A stretch of DNA of 64,000 bases from Polymyxa betae A26-41 (Eukaryota > Protista > Endomyxa: Phytomyxea). Location: contig RBZT01000500.1 of assembly GCA_003693705.1 (NCBI GenBank), forward strand, positions 62,001-126,000. The letters are read 5' to 3'. Below the pieces are notes generated by a model. That model ran no database searches. It was given only the letters and a program-made list of their open reading frames with translations, and was not told the DNA's origin. Below are positions 50,701 through 61,110 of the stretch, one piece after another. The stretch's first letter is position 1, and every line of letters begins with the position of its first letter. The position numbers were made by a program, and so were the translations under genes.

Positions 50701-52051
50701 GTGGAGTCCCGTTCTTCACTTTAAGAAGCAGTTTCATGATTGTCCTGGACAAAATTGTCATGTATCTGATGAACCAGAAAAAAGGAAGACGAACCTTTCT
50801 TTCTGCGCTATTTTATCAGTGACTTCTTCGTCTTTCTGATCCAGTAATTTCCCAAAGAATTGGTAATCTTCTGCTTTTACGAACGGCAACTCTGGATCTT
50901 CAGAGGATCCCTGAGAAAACGATGGTCAGAGTAACCTCTAACTAATGTCAGCAAATGATCCTACAACTATAGGCTGGACACCATGCAAATCTTTTGACTC
51001 TTGCTGGATCATAAATCCGCCCGCAGCACCCGCTGCACCAAACGGCGTCGGTGTCGCCAGCAACCGTCTGCCAGGTGTTCGAACTGGAGCATAACCTGGA
51101 GGAGGTGGCACGATCTGAACATCATCTTGAGTTAAGATTTGCACGATCATAAAGCTCCCAGACCTCGTAACCGGTCTCTGGGAACATTTCGTCCAGCTCG
51201 GCATCAGTTAATTCACGATTACGGTATTCCATTTCATTTTGATAGCGAGTCATATTCGCTTGCTCAGGCGTCATGGGGACACCCGCCAGCTGCGAGGGCA
51301 ACTTACCTGATACAGAATGAAAATCTGAGACAAACTTTGACGAAATTCGAAAAATACCCATCATGAGTGGAGTCTGGGCCGGCGTAGCGCCATCGAAATG
51401 TTTCGGTGTCTGGTCCCATCGCGAGCGCCGTGATGGAGTCGGTGTCGCCCCGATATCACCACTACCGATGTGTTTAGGGGTTTCGTCCCAGGCGCTGGTC
51501 GACTGGCTGTGGTCCTCCATATCCTCGCGTACAGGAGTCGCGTCCCAGCGGGAGCGTCGCGGTTCTGAGGAAAGTGATTCCGGGGCCTCAGCATCGCCGT
51601 CGTCATCCCAGCGACGACGGCGTTGTTTTTTCGCCTGAACCGCTTCGGCAGCGGTTTTTTCGGCTTCTTCCCGAAGCTCATCGGTTTCCTTCATGACCTC
51701 GGCGAAGCTGCGCCCAGCGCCGTTCGAATCGTCTGCGAATTCGTCTCGACGTTCGGGCGAGATAATTCTCTGCAAGCGCCGAGCATGGTAAGCGCTCTCT
51801 CGCTCGGCGATATTTTTCCGCATACGTCCTTCGAACGGATTCACATCGTCACCATCCATTTCAGCGGCTTCCTGAAATGCTTCACGTTGCTGTTCGTATG
51901 CGCTAGCGGCGCGCTGCGCCAACGTGCTATCATCAGCGAAATCATCGTCGTCTGCAATATGTTCATCATCCATGACAACATCGATCTCGGTGTCATAAAG
52001 ATCGGCATTCGGCTTCAGACGGCTGGGGCCGTCGTGCACTTGGTCGGTCAT
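47704..52051 (-). CDS. SF3B1: Splicing factor 3B subunit 1
   Basis: RRRRWD/RWDATP/RWDQTP ULM motifs, [73 protein letters not shown]. Confidence 0.97.
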
Positions 52052-52609
52052 GATGGCCTCAAGTTACGCCCAGGACTAACCTCTCGATTTGGATAATAAC
52101 CAATCAAAGAAGCCGCGAGCGAGCCGATTGCGATCTTGGACAGAGCGTGGCCTCCACTCATTGTGAAAATAAACAGCGTTAACTTCGGACTTCGGCACAC
52201 GAAATTTCTTTCTAGTTTTCATGCTTGGGATGTTGTGCAGGTGTTCCGTCATTGGTTGGCAGTTTTGAATGTCTGACGGATTCGACAGAAAAATTCCCTG
52301 TAGCAATTGATTCTTTGCGGCGTCTTCGGTTTCCGCTCATTTTCATGGTAGAAATCCATCTCTGTTGCTCCTATTATCATACTCCACTCGACTGTCGCCA
52401 TCAATGTAAAAAGTTATCGATGCCATGGCTTGCTACGGGAACATCGTAGCTTTCGCGGTCTCAGTCTGGCTCGGGGTAAGTCCATATGGGTTTCTTTTAG
52501 AAATTCCGAAATTGTCGTTTTGGATGTTCCACTATAATCGAAATATGCTCCGAAAAGTTCTGTCGCTGAAATCAAGGAGTTATTTATGAGTTTAAATACG
52601 ATAAGTTAA

Positions 52610-53341
52610 CTATTCATCACATGTTTCGGCCTCGTTGTCATAATGATTCACAATCGGAATCGACCGACGAATCAGCCTGGAGAAAGGCATCGCTGCAATT
52701 GAATCCGGCATTGTTGCCGGTGGCAAAACGGCGGACGCTGGCGGCGTTGTGGCATAACCAGGGGGCGGCTGCGTCGTGGAATAGGACGGTAATGGAGTCG
52801 TCGTGCTGGCCGGCGCTGGCGTCGTGCTGTTTGTACTGTTTGCCGTGGGCGCCAACGTGGTGGTATTGCCCGACGACTTTCCATAATGACATACCCAGAC
52901 CTGCATAACGCTCTGTCCTGAGACTTGACTTGATGGGCAATTGATGGCGGTTGCGCACCCCAACGCCCCAATTGAGTTTGAGACTATTTCCTGGTAATGG
53001 CCACATTGCTTTCCAGGGTTGCAGACACCATTGACAAGGTCGGCTTTCTCGGCGATCCAGGCAGCGACGACGGCGCTGCCGTTCATGGTCGGCCATCCCC
53101 AGCCGAGATTTTCAGCAGCGCCTTTTCGTAGGTCGTCTGAGGAGTGCCCATTCGGGCAGGTGTTCGCCCATTGTGTGGCGGATCCTTCTAAACCGGCGTC
53201 CCAGACGAGTGCACCCAGACTGGAGAGGGAACGTTCGTCGTTGTGCATCTTCAGCAACACGCTGACGTCTTCTGGGCCCAGATTGGCCAAAGAAATCGAA
53301 AACAACAGAATCGTGATTGGGATTAGAGCTTTGATCGACAT
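52610..53341 (-). CDS. Secreted CAP (SCP/PR-1) domain protein with a Thr/Pro-rich tail; intronless
   Basis: Signal peptide MSIKALIPITILLFSISLA; HNDER..LVWDAGLE..ATQWANTC..HS; ENLGWG; AVVAAWIAEK; CGHYQEIV; LGCA; VCHY. Confidence 0.9.
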   Translation of the reverse strand: MSIKALIPITILLFSISLANLGPEDVSVLLKMHNDERSLSSLGALVWDAGLEGSATQWANTCPNGHSSDDLRKGAAENLGWGWPTMNGSAVVAAWIAEKADLVNGVCNPGKQCGHYQEIVSNSIGALGCATAINCPSSQVSGQSVMQVWVCHYGKSSGNTTTLAPTANSTNSTTPAPASTTTPLPSYSTTQPPPGYATTPPASAVLPPATMPDSIAAMPFSRLIRRSIPIVNHYDNEAETCDE

Positions 53342-53616
53342 ATTAGGGATATAAGTCGGGATGCTAAACAATAATAGATACCCGGTTATAGAAATAATTA
53401 AGTATGGCTCAAGTGGGTCAATGGGCCATGGTCCCCATGACTTGACTCATACTGAGTTTGAGTCATTGGTCGAGAGGTGACTATGTTGGCTGCTCTGGAC
53501 ACTCGAAATGGTCGGAAAATTTCAGTTAACATTTAGCATTAATTGTCAGCGCTGGTGTCACATCAATTGCATTCTAGCAATGCAGTATCGGAAAAGGAGT
53601 CCAAAACGTATTTTTA

Positions 53617-56530
53617 TTATACAAACGACTCTTTTTTGGCAGCGATCGCCATGATCGATTCCAGCTTGGCAATCTCCTGCTCTTTCTTGATATCTTTAAC
53701 GGTCTTGGCAGAAATACGGCGTAAGTTAGGTGATAGCTTCAACGACATAACGCTGCCGCGATCATCACCGACTAATACAATCGGTTCGACCATATTGAAA
53801 ACTACATGTGTTAATTTTCCCTTTTTCACGAGCCTTTGCTGTCCAATTGCTTCGTTTTTGTTGACATTGAGATCGAAGAGGAATATCTGGTAGCAATGAC
53901 AGCAATCAGAGCCAGAACGATTACGAGTCCGGTTGAAAGCACCAAACCTTTCCTTCCGAAGTCACGGCAACGAAGACTGTTGAAGAGTACGGCGCCCAAG
54001 CAATATCCCCAACAGGCGATCCGAGATCAAACGTTAGAAGGGGCTCGGAGTTGCTTGATTCCCAGAGACGGACAGTCCAATCTGCCGAACACGACAAGAA
54101 TACACCCCTATGATATGGGTTCCATTTCACAGCATATCTGAGAACCAAATGTTAATAATAAGGTCAGCCTTTCACGGGTTACATACACAGCCATATGGTG
54201 ACCGGCGAACGTATTTAGGTACTGAGAATTGTATGCTTTAGAGCAGGTGTGAATGGACCCTAGGTCGTGTTCAGTAGGCTTAGGAGAGAGAGAGGAAAAC
54301 AAAAAAAACGAGAGGAAACCGAGTACTGGAGCAGACCGGAAACAGATTTTAATGATTACCTTCGTCTGTCCCAATGACGAATAAGTGCTCAGCAAATGGA
54401 TTGAAATCGAAACAGGTTCCACTAGCTAATCCGCCAATGGCTCTATAAAAACGTCAGCTTTAGCAGTTCCATTACTGAAAACGATTACCTCTCGTCGTCA
54501 AAGACCTGGCCAGCCCCTGCCTTCCTCGAAATCAACTTCAACTGCATGATCTGGTTTATGGATATCAGAAGAATCAATGCGCTTGGGATAAGCAAACAAC
54601 CTCTTCGTTAATTAGCTCATTCTTACTCATTAACCAATCAGTAACTCGCCCGTCCGACGAGATCGAAAAGAAGTTAATCTCTTTGCCGATATCGTCATCG
54701 GAATTTTGCCAATAGACGCCCCAAACTGGATCAGTATGCTTAACTTTCGGATCTAAGCTCTATTACAAACACAATTGATGCCACCATGTTCAATGAAGGC
54801 TTTCCAAGCACCTGGTAAATTGGACGGTTCTCTCTCGACCGAATGTCGTAAACGCATACGGATCCATCGTAAAGCCTTACACGAAACTTATACACAGAAA
54901 ATTTAAAGCATGGTCGTAAGATTTTACCCGACAGCAAGTAACGCCGGATGTTGCGGGTGGAATGCGATACACACGACACCCGAGGTCGTAGTGAAACTGA
55001 ATTCAGGATGTGACGGATTCTTCAGCGTGTAGCAGCAGATCACGCCGCTGCCTTGTTGCGACATGAAATCGTAGGACCCATAAGCAACCGCAAACAGATC
55101 CGGATAGTGCATGTTCCATTTGATATCGGTCACAGTCTTACGCTTGGTTTTGGCATACGAGAACTTCCATAGCGCTGAAAACGACCCAACGCCATCGTCG
55201 CGCGCCTTATCTTTGTCTAGCTCCTCTTCCAGATATTTGAAATCGTAAAAGATTTCCTCATCGGCGTTTAGGCTCACAATCCGTTCCATCAGCTTCACAG
55301 CTCGCGCCATATTCGGTCCATTCATTACCTCATTATAAATTTTAGTTGCAATTGTGATGGTAAGGAGTGAATATTGTACCTTGTGTGAAATATCATCGCG
55401 TTTATCAACATCAGCTAATATTAAGTCATTGACGGGATCACCCTCATTTTCGCTTCGCTGCTTTCGCGTTGTTGTCTTTGATCACTTCTCAATAGTCGAA
55501 AGTGACACAGAAAATGCAAAAGTCACCTGATCTTTCTGAGCTTTGGCTTCTTTTCCTTCACGGAATGCAGCCAGGTAGGCATCGAATAGAATATATTGAG
55601 TGCACAGGCCGTTCAAAGATGCTGTAGGTGGCGGTTCGGTTGCCACCATTCGATCCCTATCCATGTTTCAGGGTTTGGATATATTTCTACAAGTGATCGA
55701 CCTGGAAGGATTGTTGAAAGTTTGCGAAGCTCGCTCTGAGAAGTTGAACTGATTCTTCAAAGCTTTCGATCTCTGAGTGTTAGGGCTATCAGGAGGCACT
55801 GGAGCAGCTTGTTGAATTGCCGTCAAAGGCGCCCCTTCTTCTTCCGCCTTGGTCTAATAAATTGCTCATTAATTATCATAACAAAAGGCGTCGCAAATCA
55901 ATTACCTCTGAATTTGCATCGGGAGCCGCTGCACCACCATTTTCATGGCCCTAATTGATCAGCGTTGAGCTCATAATTCTTCAAAAATAACATGAGTTAC
56001 AGGTGCTGCGGGAGATGGTAAGGATTCGGAAGTCTCTTCCGATTGCTGATGGGTCGGATTGCCAACATAGTTTAGGTTATCGTCCATGGAAAACAGCACA
56101 TTGATATGGTCGGTTGGGGGCATTGGCTGAAACTGGCCTGAAGCGAAATCGAAGAGAATCAGATTAGCGGGCGCTTGGGGATTGTTTGCGTTCAGAGCTT
56201 TGGTGAACTCTTCGTTGAGTTGCTCCTCAGTGAGGCCTTTGATTTGGTCGTCAGAAACCATATGCACCTCGATAGGTTCGAGATCTGCCACTTCGGACAT
56301 GGCGTCTTCCTCGACTGGAATATCCTCATCTTTACGTGGCTGATGAGAACGATCAGCATCGAGGTGACAGATTCTTTCAACCGACCTTCTCTACTTTCTC
56401 TTTTTTTTTCGCTTTTGGGGCTGGAGAAGTGGCTACCATGATTGAAACCAAAAAAAAATATATGTCAGCGGCCGTCATAGAGCCATGATCTATTTCAGGT
56501 ACCCAATGCATGCTGTCAGCGATTTCCATG
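53617..56530 (-). CDS. DNAI1: Axonemal outer-arm dynein intermediate chain (IC78/DNAI1); start uncertain
   Basis: [88 protein letters not shown]. Confidence 0.92.
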
Positions 56531-56752
56531 AAATCAGGTCCTGTATATAGAGCGTTCTGATGTAGATTGCGGTTGAGGAGGCGAGCTTGACATAAGAATT
56601 ATACAGCTATATCTGTGTGCGGTTGGTTTATTGCAGATACCATACTGGACTGGAGTTGACAATATAAAACAAAAATTCAACAAAGTAAATAGTTGGAGCA
56701 AAATGATTTGTACGTAGAAAGCTACAGCGGGATCTGGTCTGGCCACGACCAA

Positions 56753-56818
56753 GCTTGTTTCACTTACCTGAGCAAACGGCGCTGTGCTTGTTTCACTTAC
56801 CTGAGCAAACGGCGCTGT
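56753..56818. repeat. Perfect 33-bp tandem duplication in the DNAI1/POLRMT divergent promoter
   Basis: gcttgtttcacttacctgagcaaacggcgctgt x2. Confidence 0.95.
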
Positions 56819-57076
56819 CACTTCTTGCTACAGGAAGTTCATAGACGCTTCCAGATTCGGCCGAATGCCATCACAGTCACCTTGAAATGAAGTTTTGATT
56901 CCAGATCATTCTATCGACAGAGCGTTCTGTAAATGGGCATGGGCCTTGCAGGCTGGATGGAATGAGAGGAGCCACTTCGAACGTAACATTAACCCCAAAT
57001 CGAGGTCCCGCAGATGTAACGTAATTCCCCAAACCGTGACTCTAATGCGTGATCCCTCTGATCTGCCATCAGAGTC

Positions 57077-60000
57077 ATGAGGCGGCGCCTTCTCTCCAGC
57101 CTTGCTGCTGCTGCATCTGCATCCAAAGCTGCCAGCGTTTCGATTAATCGACATGTCGTTGCTAGTGTTCCGATAGCATTAGCGGAACACCTGCCTGTGT
57201 TTCGTCAAAAAAACTTTTCAAGTGATGCAGTCGACCATCGAGCTGCTCTGGCCGTTCTAGTTCATGGTCTGTTTTATAGTAATTGGCGCCGAATGGGAAA
57301 CGATGCCTTTCAAAAACATATTTCGTCTATATCTGGTATACTGGGGCTTGGTGCTCTAACAACGCGACTCTCTGTTGGACTTCCCACATCAGCAAGGGGC
57401 AGCACCAACGACGACGAAGTTCTTTTATTTTTCCAGAAAATCTTAACTCGAGTCAAGGAGCAGAACCTAGACATCAATGACGCCAACGCTGATGAAGTAA
57501 TGAAAATCGTCGTCGATGTCATTTCTAACGACGATTCCCACGTACAGCCATTGGATTTACATTGAATTCGAGACGTTGATATGCTGCATTTAGATTTACA
57601 GCAAACTTCGAAATGTGACGGATCAGGCCTATGAACATTACTGTCAGGTCACTGGATTTAAAAACGTCGACCGAAATCTAGTCGAAGAGCAAGTACGACT
57701 GGAGACCATGGCTCGTGAACTATCGGCTTCTAAATACCGACGTTTAAAAGAAGAACTTGCTGTGTGTGGCAAACTTGGTATTCACTCGGATTTGTATGGT
57801 GACTTTTGGTACTTAATCTGTGTTTTAGCGAATCTGAAAGTCACCCAACGTATCCTTCTTGATTGGTATAATCCACTAGTAACTGCTATCGAGCAGGAAC
57901 AGAGACAGATCGAACAAGGCGTCGATGTAAGAGAGCTTCAAAAACCAGAGTGCAGCTCTTATCTGTTATTAGAAACACATCGATCGTCGCGGCTACGAAG
58001 TGGAAATGCTGCTGTTGCCGGCTGAGTTACTCGCAGTTGTAACATTACACGAGGTCCTCAATATGGCTGTCAAATGCCCGGAGGTTGTGTTCGTGAAAAT
58101 CGCCCTCAGCGTTGGGCGGGCTGTTAAGCACGAATTTCAGCTTCACCAAGCTAGATTGAACAGCAGCGAATTGAAAAAGGTTTGATCTATGATGAAAGGA
58201 TGGATGATCAAATAACTTTGTATAGCCGACTACCACTCGGCTGGCACTTGCACGAAATGAGCTGCTACGAAAGGATGCGTGGTCGACGTCGAGCTATATA
58301 AAATTAGGATCGCGTCTAGTTCAGCTTTTAACGGAGACAGCGCGTATGCCGAACCAGCCGGATCAGTACGCCTTCACACATTCAATCGCAATGGTGTCTG
58401 CTGTGAAGAAACGCGGCCTGCTTTGCATGAACCCCGACCTTTTGGCGCATATCAACATGTCCCATTTAAGGCAGGAATCCTTAGGAACGCAGTACATGCC
58501 GATGGTTATCCCACCCATGCCTTGGGTGACAAACGAATATGGAGGTTGGCTGGTTTCCTTTCTAAAGATTTTGCATTCAACATGAATTAGGGTATCTGTC
58601 AACTAGGTCGACAGTTATGCGCGTTCGAGGCTCTAAAGGTAATCACGCTCTATTTCAGCGCCTTATTCGCATTGTAATATGATCTAGATCAAGTCAAGTG
58701 TGTTCAGCTTGGCGACTTGAGTAAAATCTACGAGGCTCTAAATGTTCTCTCAAGTGTCCCATGGAGGGTTAATTCACGGGTGTTTTCCGTCTTGCAAACG
58801 GTTCGCTGATAATCGCACGATCCTCGTCATGCGGTGTTGATAGTTGAGATACAGTACTGGGACAACGGTGGCGGCGTGCCATCATTACCAACCCGACAGG
58901 ATGCGGAATTTCCCGAGCTGGTTAAGGGCGATCGCCAGTCCCAGCGTAGATACAATGCTGTCGAGAAGTACAATCGTGAATTGCATTCACTGAGATGTGA
59001 TTTGGAGCTGAAGCTGGAAGTAGCTCGGTAAGCTGCTAGTCTGTACTGCTTTCCAGTTTGTTAAGCGTTGTGTGCAAGTATGTTTCAGGATAACAACATG
59101 TACCTACCGCACAATATCGATTTCAGAGGAAGGGCGTATTCTATACCGCCACACCTACAACATATGGGCAATGACGCGTCTCGAGGTCTCCTGATGTTTG
59201 CTGAGAAGAAGCCTCTGGGTCTTAAAGGCTTGTTCTGGCTAAAAGTTCAAATTGCGAATCTTTTTGGTTGGTCGATTTTCATTGCAATGATTTTCTCTCA
59301 GAAGCAGTTTAGGCAATGACAAGCTGAGTTTAGAGGATCGTGCTAAATGGGCAGAATCTATTAGCGATAAAGTTCGTCCTCGATCGTTCTGGTTTCGTTC
59401 TATTACTGACAATGTCTTATTAGATCAATCAAACAGTTAAGGATCCCGTTGGGTACAAATGGTGGTTGGAAGCAGATTCGCCATGGCAATTTCTGGCTTG
59501 TTGTTACGAATACGTCGACGCCATGTCCTGTCCTGATGGACCTGAGGTGATAATAGCAAGTGTTGCTGTAGTGTCGTCTTACAAGCCTCACAGAATTACA
59601 AATGCGGCCTACCTATACACATGGATGGCAGCTGCAACGGATTGCAACATTACGCCGCTATGGGTTTGGACGAACACGGGGGTCGCGCTGTAAATCTGTC
59701 TCCTAGTGACGACGGCTTGCCCGCTGATGTTTACATGCGCGTTTGTGATCTCGTTAACGAACTGGTTTGTCAAAAATTCCAACTCTCTACTCTTTGATAA
59801 TAATTCTGGTCGCAAGATCAATTCAGACGCTGCGAGTGGTAATCCGCTGGCAAAGAATCTACAGGGCCGCGTGGGAAGGAAGATCGTCAAGCAAACTGTC
59901 ATGACGTCTGTCTACGGGTGAGGTCAAAAGTCAGCTGTTTATCCACACTAATTCTGCGATCCAGTGTTACTTTCATCGGTGCTCGTGAACAGATTGAACG

Positions 60001-60828
60001 AAGGCTGAGAGAACTGGGTCAGCGGTTTGAAACAGTTTGGTCTCCCTTGCTTAATGTCTGTAGATGTATTTGAGAATATGGAGTCAGCGGATTTGTTCCA
60101 GCATAGCGCATATCTCGCAACTCTGACGTTAAAATCGTTGGGCAATATGTTCAGCAGTGCACAGAAGATCATGGATTGGATGGTGAAGTCGGCGAGAATC
60201 ATCGCCAATTCGACATCTCAACCTGTATATGGCCGGCCATCGCATTGCTCGATTGCTGAAATTATTGGTAGGTGACGTGGATAACGCCTTTGGGTCTGCC
60301 GATCGTACAACCGTATCGACGTCCACACAATTACATGGTCAAGACCGCCGTCCAAACCGTCGTGCTCGTCGATACGGAGTCGTTGCTCCCAGTCAGCGGC
60401 CAGAGGCAGTGCTCAGCATTCCCGCCCAATTACGTACATTCTCTGGATTCAACTCACATGATGATGACGGCCTCTGCTTGCCACAAACGCCAAATCACGT
60501 ATGCTTGACATTTTCCATTGTGGCTTTATTATCAAGTCCTTTCCTCTTTTAACGTTCTAAATGGGCTCGCTGAAACTGATTTCGTGGTTTTTACGTTTTT
60601 CGTAGGTTTGCAGCTGTTCATGACAGCTACTGGACACATCCTTGTTCGGTCGATGAAATGAATCGGATCCTGCGAGAGCAATTCGTCGAGCTCCATTCAC
60701 AGCCTTTGCTGGAGACTCTCGCCGAATCTTTCAGGAATCGATTCCCGACGTGCGAATTCCCAAACCTACCTGGTCGTGGTACCCTTAATCTACAAGACGT
60801 TCTTAAATCACCATATTTCTTTAATTAA
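57077..60828 (+). CDS. POLRMT: Mitochondrial single-subunit (T7-like) RNA polymerase
   Basis: Arg/Ser/Ala-rich presequence [12 protein letters not shown]; [11 protein letters not shown]; NIDFRGRAY; [14 protein letters not shown]; [14 protein letters not shown]; [14 protein letters not shown]; AVHDSYWTH; SPYFFN*. Confidence 0.96.
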
Positions 60829-61110
60829 CTAAATCTATTCCATATGCGAATAAGCTTGGACTCTCCATAAATCAGTAGGGCATCAACCAGTATCTCAAAT
60901 CTTCGCACGTTGTTGAAATTCAGCATCAATCCTGAAAAGTCCATGATCGGTCTGTGTGATAATTCGTTCAGAAAATAACCATACTATAGTACGGTAGTGC
61001 AGCTGGGATTGCGATTCTACCAAGACAGAAGAAGGGTGTCATGAAGGCTGCGCCATGGGCGTTGTTTGCGCGCCATTTCCCATTTCATCCGAATCGGTGA
61101 GTCTTCTCCG

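Noticed and set aside
47704-52051. SF3B1 hotspot substitutions that might explain unusual splicing
   Set aside because: Residues equivalent to R625, H662, K666 and K700 appear conserved (YVRNTT, RHTGIK, QQKVRT), and the introns I inspected are GT-AG.
56761-56803. U1 snRNA gene (ACTTACCTG)
   Set aside because: No U1 stem-loops or Sm site follow, and the match lies within a 33-bp duplication.
57077-60828. Phage or viral insertion (T7-like RNA polymerase)
   Set aside because: It has many spliceosomal introns and a mitochondrial-type presequence, so it is the ordinary nuclear-encoded mtRNAP.
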